A DNA stretch of 64,000 nucleotides, taken from NCBI GenBank assembly GCA_965216755.1, contig CBDCGL010000011.1:3008001-3072000 (forward strand), in the 5' to 3' direction. This DNA comes from Alphaproteobacteria bacterium (lineage in GTDB: Bacteria > Pseudomonadota > Alphaproteobacteria > UBA7887). The notes beneath the pieces are model-generated. The model did no database searches, was not told where the DNA came from, and saw only the letters and a program-made list of their open reading frames with translations. How positions within the stretch are numbered: the stretch's first letter is position 1; each line of letters starts with the position of its first letter. Shown one piece after another: positions 29,622 through 39,146 of this stretch. A program made the translations under genes and the position numbers.

Positions 29622-30986
29622 GTGAACTTGCACAAGCTCTTGGCCGCCAAGGCCGAAGCCGATCAGCCGGTGCGCGTGGGAATTATTGGCGCCGGCAAGT
29701 TCGGCACCATGTATTTGGCACAAGCGCGGCGGACAATCGGAGTCCACGTGCTCGGCATCGCAGATCTGAACATCGCCCGCGCGCGCGCCGCTTGTCACGC
29801 CGCCGATTGGCCCGAGTCGCAATATGCCGCAACATCATTCGAACAGGCTGTGACCGAGGGGTCGACATGTTTGACCGAATCAGCCGAGGCCCTGATTAAG
29901 GCCGATGGATTGGACGTGGTCATCGAGGCGACAGGTGATCCCCACGCCGGCATGCGTCATTGCCTGTGGGCGATCGATGAGGGTCGGCACATCATCATGG
30001 TGAATGTGGAAGCCGATGTGGTCGCAGGGCCGTTGCTGGCGCGTCGCGCGCAACAAGCGGGCGTCGTCTACAGTTTGGCCTATGGGGACCAACCGGCGTT
30101 GATTGTCGAGCATGTCGATTGGGCGCGCGCCTGCGGTTTTGATGTGGTGTGTGCCGGTAAGGGCACGCGATATCATCCCGACTTCCATCAATCGACGCCG
30201 GAAACCGTGTGGGACAACTTCCGCTGGTCGCGTGAACTTGCTGAGCGTGCCGGCGCCAACCCAAAAATGTTCAACAGTTTTATCGACGGCACCAAGTCGG
30301 CGATCGAAATGACCGCGGTGTGCAACGCCACCGGGTTGACACCGCAGCCCGATGGTCTCGGATTTCCGCCGTCGTCACGTTTCGAACTGGCTGACGTCTG
30401 CAAGCCGCGCACGGCCGGCGGCACGGTCGCGCACGCCGGAACGACCGAAGTCGTGTCCTCGCTGTTTCGCGACAAGACGGAGGTGCCCAATCATCTGCAA
30501 ATGGGAACCTATGTGGTGGTTGCGGCCGCCTCGGACTATGTCCGTCATTGCTTCGAGGAATATGCCCTATTGCCCGATTCGACTTTCGACTATGGGGCAA
30601 TTTATCGCCCCATCCACATGATTGGGCTTGAACTGGGCATCTCGGTGGCTTCTGTTGCTCTGCGCGGCGAGCCGACCGGGGCACCAATCGAGTTCCAATC
30701 GGATGTCGTCGCGGTCGCCAAGCGCGACCTGAAGGCTGGCGACATACTCGACGGCGAAGGCGGCTACACCGTGTGGGGTCGCCAGCAGCCTGCGGAAACG
30801 TCGTGCAGGTCTGGCGCGTTGCCTCTTGGCTTCGCCAACAAAGTGACCTTGCGCCATGATATTTCGCGCAACCAAATTCTCGCCTGGGACGACGTCAAAC
30901 ACGATCCCGCCGATCCGGCCGTGCGTTTACGGCGCGAAATGGAGGCCGCGTTCGGTCGTCGCAACCGCGATCCGGCGGCGGCGTAA
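29622..30986 (+). CDS. NAD(P)-dependent oxidoreductase, homoserine-dehydrogenase-like with C-terminal SAF domain
   Basis: GAGKFG, VNVEAD, AYGDQP, FNSF.DGTKS.IEM, AKRDL..G..LDGEGGY. Confidence 0.85.
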   Translation: MNLHKLLAAKAEADQPVRVGIIGAGKFGTMYLAQARRTIGVHVLGIADLNIARARAACHAADWPESQYAATSFEQAVTEGSTCLTESAEALIKADGLDVVIEATGDPHAGMRHCLWAIDEGRHIIMVNVEADVVAGPLLARRAQQAGVVYSLAYGDQPALIVEHVDWARACGFDVVCAGKGTRYHPDFHQSTPETVWDNFRWSRELAERAGANPKMFNSFIDGTKSAIEMTAVCNATGLTPQPDGLGFPPSSRFELADVCKPRTAGGTVAHAGTTEVVSSLFRDKTEVPNHLQMGTYVVVAAASDYVRHCFEEYALLPDSTFDYGAIYRPIHMIGLELGISVASVALRGEPTGAPIEFQSDVVAVAKRDLKAGDILDGEGGYTVWGRQQPAETSCRSGALPLGFANKVTLRHDISRNQILAWDDVKHDPADPAVRLRREMEAAFGRRNRDPAAA

Positions 30987-31012
30987 GCCCGCCACCGCAA
31001 GCCGATCGTGGT

Positions 31013-31528
31013 TTAGGCGCCGAGCGTGCCGTACGCGCCGACGCCGACAACAAATGGTCCGACCCGGCGCACGAAACTGATCTTCGGGGACACGTCGCCG
31101 GTACAGGGGTGACGCATCTCGTATTCGACCGCGCCTTCGCCAACCGCCGCCGCGACCTGCATCATCTCCCGAACGAAATAGCGACCGCGACGATCCCGGG
31201 CACCGACGGTATTGCTGCCGACGGCCTCGGGATAGGCGCCGCTTGCCACCAATGTGCCGCGCCGGTGAATGACAAACACATACAGGTCACGGTCAACAAA
31301 TTCGCCGCCGGGTTCCATAAAAGCGGTGAAGGCCCGCTTTGGACCTTGGTCTTCAAGAAATTTTGCCGCGCGATCGAGCATGCTCTTGGCGTCATCGAGC
31401 GATGCGATACGGCAAGGCGGCGTGTCGGTTGTTGCGTCCTCGGCACCAACGTTGTTGCTGACCGTCACCGATGCCATGGCGCTGAGCGACAACCCAACCA
31501 GCAGTGAAATGACTCGACAATTTCTCAT
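31013..31528 (-). CDS. Stand-alone single Cache (sCache_2) domain exported protein
   Basis: F.DRDLYVFV, D..G.YF..EM, G.VEY...HP, K.SFV, GVGAY; no second TM or signalling domain. Confidence 0.85.
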   Translation of the reverse strand: MRNCRVISLLVGLSLSAMASVTVSNNVGAEDATTDTPPCRIASLDDAKSMLDRAAKFLEDQGPKRAFTAFMEPGGEFVDRDLYVFVIHRRGTLVASGAYPEAVGSNTVGARDRRGRYFVREMMQVAAAVGEGAVEYEMRHPCTGDVSPKISFVRRVGPFVVGVGAYGTLGA

Positions 31529-31864
31529 CGTACGAATCCCTGTTCGTGGTGATTTCAGCCGCCGGCAACCGGCCACAGCGCCGTGACCGCGTTATTGGCC
31601 GGCACGCGCAAAATGCCCCAAACAGCCACCAAGAATGCGACCGTCAACATTTCGCGCGGCACAATCGCGATCAATGCGGTCCCGCTCAGGAACCAGGCCC
31701 ACAATTCCGCCTGGCTGGCGGGCAGCGCTGCCGCGAGCATCGCCGACCCCACGTCCATAACCAGAGATTACACCCGACCGGTCGTCGAAGACCAGTCATC
31801 GCGCAACTGCTATGGTGACGCGTTGCGCTGGGGATTGCCGTTAGGGGAATGACACGAATCGTGC

Positions 31865-32449
31865 TTATTCGGGGATCGTGCGGCCGTCAAAGTTTGGTTC
31901 AACGCGTTGCGGCGGCCGACGTTGTTCACGCTGTTGGGCCATGGCCAACATAGCTGTTGCCGCGCCGCTGACGATGAAAACTAAGCTCATGAGGCGCAAG
32001 ATCGCGCCAAAGGTGATGTCCTTGGCGGTGATGAACAGCACGGTGGCAAGAACAATATCGACTATGCCGCCGAACATCAGCAACATCCAACCATCGGCTG
32101 GTCGCAGGCGGTTCCCGAAGCTGCACCAAATCACGCTGTCGATGACCACAAACACCGCCAACATCAAAGCCAAAGCATAGGTGCCGGCCAGCGGATAGTG
32201 CCACAAAATCACACCGGCCAACGCCGCGAAGCTTCCGGCAGCGAGCATTTGATAGGCGCCCGGCTGGCGATAGAAAAAGAACGCGTCGACCAACCGGATC
32301 ACGCCGATGAAAAGGAACAGGCCGGAAAGGAAGGAACTTTCCAGTCCGTCAAACGACAGCGGTGCGACGACGCCAGTGACACCTGCAACCAGGGTCAGCA
32401 AACCGACCCACTGCAATGGTCGCCAATAGCCCGGGGAAACTTGATTCAT
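31865..32449 (-). CDS. HdeD/DUF308-like membrane protein
   Basis: Six hydrophobic segments with the HdeD-like pattern. Confidence 0.6.
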   Translation of the reverse strand: MNQVSPGYWRPLQWVGLLTLVAGVTGVVAPLSFDGLESSFLSGLFLFIGVIRLVDAFFFYRQPGAYQMLAAGSFAALAGVILWHYPLAGTYALALMLAVFVVIDSVIWCSFGNRLRPADGWMLLMFGGIVDIVLATVLFITAKDITFGAILRLMSLVFIVSGAATAMLAMAQQREQRRPPQRVEPNFDGRTIPE

Positions 32450-32682
32450 CGTGGTCCCACGCCTGCGCGATAAAGGTTTGTCTATGGGACATGTTGTTCC
32501 GTTTCAGCTGCGGCAACCGATTTGTCTGATTTGTCGACCCGAAAAGGCATGATCACGGGTCGCGAACCACAAATCCAAGTCGATTCTGGTTGGCGACGAA
32601 CGAATCTATACTATGGATGCTTGGCCGCGCGCGCCTTTGGCCGTTCGGTGGTTTGAAAACATATCGCTGCGAAAAGACTGAC

Positions 32683-35406
32683 ATGGCCACCGGACCGCGA
32701 CAAGAACAAGCTGATGAAACGGGCGACCGCCGTTCGGAAAGTGACGCTGGCTGGTTCAATAAGTTGGCGGAGTCCAGTCTGCAAGGCGTTTTGGTTTATC
32801 GCGATCTAAAGCCGCTTTACGCCAATCGGCGGCTGGCCGAGATGCTTGGCTGCGCCGACCCGGGGGGTGTTCTCGCGTTAGAAAACGTGCTGGCGCTTTT
32901 TGCGCCGGGCACACAGAGCGATATGCAGGTGCAGCTGGATTCTGTCGCCCGGAACCCAGGTGACCGCGAGAACGCGGTAGCGAAAATGTGCAAGGCCGAC
33001 GGTACTTTGGTTTGGGTCGAGTGGGCATCGGAGAACGTAACGTGGGATGACACGGCTGCCGTGTTGCTGACATGTGTCGACGTCACCCGCTTCAAATTGG
33101 CTGAATCTGAGGCGCAGGAACGCGCACAAACCCTGCGCGAACTTCTTGAAGTTTCAAACGATTGGTATTGGGAAACGGATTCCGAACATCGCGCGACCGA
33201 TCTGACATTGTGCTCTGGGTTGGAAGATACATACGACCCGCACAAAGATTTGGGGTTGACGCGGTGGGAGCGGTCCGGGGTCATGGAGGCCAAGGCGTGG
33301 CAGCCTCACATCGAAGACTTGGTGGCGCGTCGATCGTTCCGCGATTTTCGCTTCTGGCGGCGATTTCGCGACGGGTCGGTTGTTCACGCGGCCATATCGG
33401 GCGTCCCTTTTTATGGCGAAGATGGCACGTTTCACGGTTATCGCGGCGTCACGCGCGATGTCACGTCCGAGGTCGTGGCCGAGCAACAACTGCGCGAACG
33501 GGAAAGCTTGTTGAGCGAAATTCTGGAATCCGCCTCGGATTGGCTGTGGGAGACCGATGTCGTCCACCGGTTCACGTTCCGCTTTCCGGGACCGTCAAGC
33601 ATTTCGCAAGTCGTCGGCAAGACTCGCTGGGCGAATGCCGCCCGTGAAGACCTCGAGGCGAATCCCGAAAAGTGGCGCCAGCACAAGGACGATTTGGCCA
33701 ACCATCGGCCAATTCGCGATTTCCGGTACTTGGTTGGGTCAAGCGCCGGGGGTACTAAGTGGGTGCGTGTCAGCGGCCAGCCGACCTTTGACAGCGATGG
33801 GCAATTCACGGGGTATCGTGGTGTCGCGACGGACATTACCGCCGCGGTGCAGGCGGAAGAAAGAACACGCGCGGCCCGCAACCAGCTGGTCGCCGCAATC
33901 AATACGATAAACACGCCGATCGCGCTTTTTGACGCTCACGAACGCCTGGTACATACAAATGCGGCCTATCGCAGTTTGTACGCCGACGATGACGCGTTCG
34001 TCGCGCCCGGCCGCCACGTCGAAGATCTTGTCAGATATCAGCTTGAGGCCAAGGCTTTTCCCGACGGGATCGGCCGCGAGGAATCGTGGTTCGCGAATCG
34101 GATGCGCCGTTTTCGCGAAGCCAAACAACCGAGCGAGATCCATCATGAAAACGGAGAAGCCTATCTGGTCTACGATTTGCGGCTGCCGGACGGCGGCACC
34201 TTGGTTATCCGTTCCGACATAACCGAGCGCGTCATGGGGGAACGGGCTTTGCGGCTCGCCAAAGTCACCGCCGAACGTGCGAGCCAATCCAAATCGCGGT
34301 TCTTGGCCGCGGCCAGCCATGACCTCCGTCAGCCCTTACAGGCCCTGACTCTCTACGCCGATATCTTGTCGACCTATGTGCATGCCAGCAAAGGACAGAA
34401 GGTCATCGACAATATCCGCGACAATCTGTCCGGCATGGCCGGCATGCTGGATTTGCTGCTGGACATTTCGGAATTCGACTCGGGCACGATCAAACCAAAT
34501 TTCGCTGCCGTCCCGATAAACAACCTTCTCCGCCGGCTGGAACAGGAGTTTGCCATCCAGGCAAGAGCGGACGGTGTCATCGTCAAGTTCGTTTCGTGTA
34601 CGCAGGCAATTGAGACTGACGCCGAACTGCTTATGCGCGTTCTGGAAAACTTCGTCGCAAACGCGATCCGTTACTGTGATCGGGGTCGCGTTTTGGTGGG
34701 ATGCCGGCGGCACGACGACAACCTGATGATTCAGGTTTGGGACACGGGCGTTGGCATTCCGCAGGACGAGCAAGAGGCGATTTTTGAGGAATACCACCAG
34801 CTCGATAATCCGGCTCGTGACCGGCGCAAAGGTCTGGGGCTCGGCCTGGCAGTTGCCAAACGGGTGGCGGATCTTCTGGGACGTGCGATCACTGTTCGCT
34901 CGACCCTCGGCAAAGGTTCGATGTTTGGTGTCAGCGTGCCATTGTCTGAGGTCAAGTTGGAGACCCACGAAGGCCTGATCGAGACCGGGCCAGTGCGAGA
35001 TGTTGGAACGTTGCGCCAGAAACATGTGATCCTCGTCGAAGACGACGATCGCGTGCGCGCGGTTATCGAACAGCTTCTAGATGATGATGGCGCACGGGTC
35101 CATAGTTTCGCGAGCGCAGCGCAAGTCCCGTCAAATCTGGCTGCGGAGAGCTGGCGCCCGGCGCTGGCGATTGCCGATTTCAGGCTGGGCGAGGGCGTTA
35201 CCGGTGCCGATGTCATCAGGGGCATTCGTCGCGATTTGGGCACGCGCGTCCCGGCGATTATCCTGACCGGAGATACGGGTTCCGAACCCGAACGGGCAGC
35301 GCAAGATCTTGGTTGCGAATTATTACACAAGCCTGTCGACGGCGCGCTTCTAACAGCGACGATGGTCCGGGCCATAACGCATCGCCAACAAACCAACAAG
35401 TTTTGA
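32683..35406 (+). CDS. Cytoplasmic multi-PAS hybrid histidine kinase with receiver domain
   Basis: Four PAS-like repeats (SDW.WETD, F.GYRG), AASHDLRQPL, DTGVGI, GLGLGL, VEDD...AD...KP. Confidence 0.92.
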   Translation: MATGPRQEQADETGDRRSESDAGWFNKLAESSLQGVLVYRDLKPLYANRRLAEMLGCADPGGVLALENVLALFAPGTQSDMQVQLDSVARNPGDRENAVAKMCKADGTLVWVEWASENVTWDDTAAVLLTCVDVTRFKLAESEAQERAQTLRELLEVSNDWYWETDSEHRATDLTLCSGLEDTYDPHKDLGLTRWERSGVMEAKAWQPHIEDLVARRSFRDFRFWRRFRDGSVVHAAISGVPFYGEDGTFHGYRGVTRDVTSEVVAEQQLRERESLLSEILESASDWLWETDVVHRFTFRFPGPSSISQVVGKTRWANAAREDLEANPEKWRQHKDDLANHRPIRDFRYLVGSSAGGTKWVRVSGQPTFDSDGQFTGYRGVATDITAAVQAEERTRAARNQLVAAINTINTPIALFDAHERLVHTNAAYRSLYADDDAFVAPGRHVEDLVRYQLEAKAFPDGIGREESWFANRMRRFREAKQPSEIHHENGEAYLVYDLRLPDGGTLVIRSDITERVMGERALRLAKVTAERASQSKSRFLAAASHDLRQPLQALTLYADILSTYVHASKGQKVIDNIRDNLSGMAGMLDLLLDISEFDSGTIKPNFAAVPINNLLRRLEQEFAIQARADGVIVKFVSCTQAIETDAELLMRVLENFVANAIRYCDRGRVLVGCRRHDDNLMIQVWDTGVGIPQDEQEAIFEEYHQLDNPARDRRKGLGLGLAVAKRVADLLGRAITVRSTLGKGSMFGVSVPLSEVKLETHEGLIETGPVRDVGTLRQKHVILVEDDDRVRAVIEQLLDDDGARVHSFASAAQVPSNLAAESWRPALAIADFRLGEGVTGADVIRGIRRDLGTRVPAIILTGDTGSEPERAAQDLGCELLHKPVDGALLTATMVRAITHRQQTNKF

Positions 35407-35496
35407 TTGGTTTTTTCCATGGCAATGATTGGTGCACTGACTGTCGCTTGATTGTTGAAGCGGAACCTTGAAATTTGAGACGCGAAACGCGTTTCG

Positions 35497-35657
35497 ACAT
35501 GTTGGATATGCTTTCGGATATCTCGGAACTTGATGCCGGCGCGATGGAGACAAACTGATGATTCAGGTTTGGGACACCGGCATTGGCGTCCCGCAAGATC
35601 AGCAAGACGCAATTTTCGAGGCGTATCATCAGCTCGACAATCCGGCCCGCGATCGTC
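35497..35657 (+). pseudogene. Relic fragment of a paralogous histidine kinase
   Basis: MLDMLSDISELDAG matches MLDLLLDISEFDSG (~34443); LMIQVWDTGIGVPQDQQDAIFEAYHQLDNPARDR matches 34720-34825. Confidence 0.8.
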
Positions 35658-35666
35658 TTGTGTTTC

Positions 35667-35767
35667 GGTGGTTCCGGTGACAGTTTACTAAATACACTAC
35701 ATTTTGTGCGCATATATTCCCAGGGCACACTATTTTGTGGTTCTAGTAATCTGTCACCGGAACTACC
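35667..35767. repeat. GGTGACAG-arm palindromic element, copy 1
   Basis: GGTGGTTCCGGTGACAGTTTACTAAATAC ... TAGTAATCTGTCACCGGAACTACC imperfect inverted repeat. Confidence 0.9.
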
Positions 35768-35778
35768 ACAACCGACGG

Positions 35779-36891
35779 CTAACCAACCGTCTGCGAAAGC
35801 CGCACACCAAGCACGTGGGCATCGCGCCCGATAACATGGCCAGACGATCCGGCGATCAACGGATCTGGCCCGTGCGCAATATGCGGGTTCCTGTTGGGGT
35901 AATCGAGCCGGCTCAAGAAATGCAACATGCAGTTGATGCGGGCGCGTTTCTTGTCTGAAGACTTGACGATTGTCCACGGTGCGTCAGCGGTGTCTGTGTA
36001 GAAAAACATCGCTTCTTTGGCTTCCGTATAGTCCTCCCACTTTTCAAGGGATGCTTGGTCGATGGGGCTCAGCTTCCATTGCTTCAGCGGATCTGTCTTG
36101 CGCGCCTGAAAGCGGCGAAACTGCTCGTCGCGTGTGACCGAAAACCAATATTTGAACAGCCGAATACCACTGTTGACCAACATCCGTTCCATTTGCGGAC
36201 ATTGGCGCATGAATTCCAAGTATTCGTTGGGCGAACAGAACTCCATCACCCGCTCGACGCCGGCACGATTGTACCAGGAGCGGTCGAAAAGAACGATCTC
36301 ACCGGCGGTTGGCAAATGCTCAATGTAGCGTTGAAAATACCACTGGCCCTGTTCCTGCTCGGTCGGTTTTTCCAAAGCGACGACGCGCGCGCCACGCGGA
36401 TTGAGGTGCTCCATAAACCTCTTGATGGTGCCGCCCTTGCCGGCCGCGTCGCGCCCCTCGAACAAAACGACGATCTTTTGCCCGGTTTCTTTGACCCAGC
36501 TTTGCACCTTGAGGAGTTCGGCCTGCAGTTCGCGTTTCCGCGCTTCGTAGATGGCGCGTTTCATGCGTGTTCGATAGGGATAGACGTCGCTTTGGAAATT
36601 CTCGCGTAGGCGCTGCGGATCATGGCGAATCTCAGCCAGAACATGCTGCACTTCGGCGCCATGGGCGTTCTCAAGCGCGGCTATGTCCCGTTTGGACTTA
36701 GACCGTCCCTTGGCAGCCGGCTTGCCGCGCGCCTTTGTGTTGCCGTTCGCACCCGCGTCAGCGCGTTGCTTCTTTTTCGGCGCGTCGGCTGTGTTCGCTT
36801 TTGTCGTCGCCGGTCGAACGGACTTGTCCGCCAGCTGCGTGATCTTCGCGCTCACGCCTGTATCGTTTGACAATTGATCATCTTGTGACAT
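35779..36891 (-). CDS. ppk2: Polyphosphate kinase 2
   Basis: FEGRDAAGKGG, FDRSWYNRAGVE, KQWKLSP.D, DKKRAR; low-complexity N-terminal extension. Confidence 0.95.
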   Translation of the reverse strand: MSQDDQLSNDTGVSAKITQLADKSVRPATTKANTADAPKKKQRADAGANGNTKARGKPAAKGRSKSKRDIAALENAHGAEVQHVLAEIRHDPQRLRENFQSDVYPYRTRMKRAIYEARKRELQAELLKVQSWVKETGQKIVVLFEGRDAAGKGGTIKRFMEHLNPRGARVVALEKPTEQEQGQWYFQRYIEHLPTAGEIVLFDRSWYNRAGVERVMEFCSPNEYLEFMRQCPQMERMLVNSGIRLFKYWFSVTRDEQFRRFQARKTDPLKQWKLSPIDQASLEKWEDYTEAKEAMFFYTDTADAPWTIVKSSDKKRARINCMLHFLSRLDYPNRNPHIAHGPDPLIAGSSGHVIGRDAHVLGVRLSQTVG

Positions 36892-36980
36892 GGCTCGACT
36901 CGTTACATGGTCGGTTGACGGCGCGGCGTACCCGATCGCTTCGGCACGTCGCCCGCATCGCTATTGGTTATTTCGTGAAG

Positions 36981-37010
36981 TTCATTAAATTTCATTAAAG
37001 TTCATTAAAT
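36981..37010. promoter_or_regulatory. Helically phased 10-bp direct repeats upstream of ppk2
   Basis: TTCATTAAAT TTCATTAAAG TTCATTAAAT, ~90 bp upstream of the ppk2 start. Confidence 0.55.
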
Positions 37011-37334
37011 CGGCCAGTTCAACGCGCGTCGCGCACGGTTGGGCAAAAAGATGCGTCCCGGCAGCCATGCGATTCGCTTTACCTGAGACGCGGGTGGCCG
37101 CACCGACATTGCTGTCGGCAATTCTAGCAATAACAACGCTTTATTTGCGACCCGGCCGATACCGCACCGGTTGATCCCAAATCTCCACTCACCCCTATGG
37201 CGACCGGGCGGCGTGTTACGGGGCATGGCGCCGTGGCGCCGGCACGCAATTCGGTGTGCTGGCGACGGCCGTCCGGTAACGGGGGCGGAGCTGCCCCGAT
37301 CGTCGGCGCCATCGGCATCTTGGAGGACCCGGCC

Positions 37335-37787
37335 ATGAACAAGCTTGCCGTTTGGGCGGTTGCCGTGGTGAGCGGCGCGCTTGCTGCGCCTGCCGCCGTC
37401 GATCGGTTCCTCGCCGCCGAGGACTGCGCCTTGTGTGCCCATCAACAGGTCTGCGCGCCGGAGACCTCGCTTGATGCCTGCGCGATTCAGGCGTTGCAGT
37501 TTTATGCCTGGCAGGGCGTGCAGGCGCGCACCCTGTCGGGCAATGATTTGGCCCGGTTTGTCGGCGAAACGCGCGTCGGCAAGATCGGTCGCAGTGTCGA
37601 TGTTGCGGTCTTCTTTTGGAAAGACAATGAGCCGCAAGACGGTGTCTTCGTCTTACTCGGCCACGTCGGCGCGGGCGACCAAGGCACAGTTATCATCGGC
37701 AAAAAGATGTTCTCCACCAGCTGCGTCTTCACCGACATTTGGGGTGCGCGCGGCTATGCAGAGATTGGTCAGCCCTATCGCAGCTAG
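37335..37787 (+). CDS. Hypothetical exported Cys-containing protein
   Basis: GGAGG RBS, signal peptide, CALC...C...C. Confidence 0.7.
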   Translation: MNKLAVWAVAVVSGALAAPAAVDRFLAAEDCALCAHQQVCAPETSLDACAIQALQFYAWQGVQARTLSGNDLARFVGETRVGKIGRSVDVAVFFWKDNEPQDGVFVLLGHVGAGDQGTVIIGKKMFSTSCVFTDIWGARGYAEIGQPYRS

Positions 37788-37805
37788 AACTCTCACGGAT
37801 CAACC

Positions 37806-37875
37806 TGGGTGACTCCCCTCCACCAAGTCACCCAACGCTGCGGGCGTGGACGCCCCGGGTCCACGCCCGCTTTTT
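37806..37875 (+). ncRNA. Candidate sRNA or 3'UTR element: CCCCUCC-loop hairpin followed by a Rho-independent terminator
   Basis: TGGGTGACT-CCCCTCCACCA-AGTCACCCA then GCGGGCGTGGAC-N7-GTCCACGCCCGC-TTTTT. Confidence 0.5.
37840..37875 (+). terminator. Rho-independent terminator
   Basis: Perfect 12-bp GC stem followed by T5. Confidence 0.9.
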
Positions 37876-37905
37876 AGACAAGAATTAGAGGCGCGCGCCC
37901 ACGCT

Positions 37906-38553
37906 TCACCCGGTGGTTTGCGACCAAGCGCGCAAGCTCTCCAGGATCTTGGTCAAAATCGGTTCCATCGATGGACCCAAAGTTTCGTTGGCAATCGCTT
38001 GCTCAATCATCGATTCGATTTGCGGTAATGCTGCGACGACCATTTTGCCAAAAGCCGCTTTGCCGTCATCAGACAGACCCTGCACACCAGTGCCGATATC
38101 GTCAAACTTGGCCGCCAGACTGTCCAGTTCCGGTTGCACGGCCTCGGCGGTGCTGTCGACGCTTAGGCCGCTCAGCAAATTGGTCAAACCGCCGAGCGAA
38201 TCGGTCAGCTCCTGACCAAAATCGACGCCATTCGCGACCAACGCGGCGACTTGGTCGGTTGCGTCCGCGGTCGCCTGCGCGGCATCTTCAGCGACACCTT
38301 GAACCGAATCGGCGGCGTTTTCCGCCATGGTCTGGGTGGCGTCGACGGCGTCCTCGACCGCATTCTGTGTCGCCTCCGCGGCGTCTTCCGTTAATTCGGC
38401 GACCGACTCGACAGCCTGATCCGCCGCGCCGGCAATTTCATCGACTGCTTGATCGGTTTGTTCGGCCACATCCTGCTGTTCTTCGGGTCCTAAAAGGTAA
38501 TACCCAACCAAAACCACAACAACGACGACCAATAGGCCCGTAAGCCAACGCAT
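37906..38553 (-). CDS. Membrane-anchored acidic Ala-rich helical-repeat protein
   Basis: N-terminal TM; ~11-residue AEDAA/AVEDAV repeats; GAGGGG RBS. Confidence 0.75.
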   Translation of the reverse strand: MRWLTGLLVVVVVVLVGYYLLGPEEQQDVAEQTDQAVDEIAGAADQAVESVAELTEDAAEATQNAVEDAVDATQTMAENAADSVQGVAEDAAQATADATDQVAALVANGVDFGQELTDSLGGLTNLLSGLSVDSTAEAVQPELDSLAAKFDDIGTGVQGLSDDGKAAFGKMVVAALPQIESMIEQAIANETLGPSMEPILTKILESLRAWSQTTG

Positions 38554-38720
38554 TGCACACTCCCCTCTTCTGTTTCGGGCCAGCCGCCAAGCCGGCGCCA
38601 GGCCAAATGCAACGTTAGTCCAAAGTCGGTCACAAGATGCGTGTTCCACGCCCCGCCGGACGGCGAATGGCGCCGCAAGGCGATGCCATGTGCTCAACTG
38701 ACCTCGGCGTCCGCCTCATA

Positions 38721-38760
38721 CGACACCGTCTTATCCGACACCGTCTTATCCGACATCGTC
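38721..38760 (+). repeat. 15-bp tandem repeat (CGACACCGTCTTATC)x2.7
   Basis: Read directly in the sequence. Confidence 0.8.
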
Positions 38761-38896
38761 GTCCAAGGTCGCTCTTTGCCACGCGCCATGCTTGCACGGT
38801 CAGCAACTTGGCGTACCCAATCACAACTCGCGCGGGTTGGCAAGATCGCCGGCGCTTCGAACGCGTGCTGTCATTTCCGACCGCGCGGCTCCCACC

Positions 38897-39025
38897 CTAG
38901 AGCAGTGTCCGACAATATTGAACCATTCTGCCGGAGCGCCAACGTCGCGCCGCGCCGCCCTTCGCGTGGATCGCCACGCCGGGCCGCAAACAGATCTGAT
39001 TCAATATCATCGGACACTGCTCTAG
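38897..39025. mobile_element. MITE-like element, copy 3 (129 bp, internally deleted)
   Basis: Same CTAGAGCAGTGTCCGACAATATTGAA / TTCAATATCATCGGACACTGCTCTAG termini; lacks the central 146 bp. Confidence 0.9.
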
Positions 39026-39146
39026 CTACCGAAGCGATCATGCACATATCCGTGTTCCTTGTCGCCAATGTGGACCATGATGATCGCCAAAGGGCGCGGA
39101 AAAGGGCATCAGGCCGAAAACAGGTCTCAAGTTAGCGGGCGGGACA

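Noticed and set aside
31555-31758. 67-aa hydrophobic ORF between the Cache and HdeD-like genes
   Set aside because: No clear RBS or motif; cannot be distinguished from a chance ORF.
34715-35657. Repeat pair resembling a diversity-generating retroelement TR/VR
   Set aside because: Mismatches are not adenine-specific and are mostly synonymous third positions; no reverse transcriptase in the window. A paralog relic explains it better.
37190-37330. Possible riboswitch in the GC-rich leader of the 37335 gene
   Set aside because: Several short stems are possible, but I could not recognise any known aptamer consensus; needs an Rfam search.
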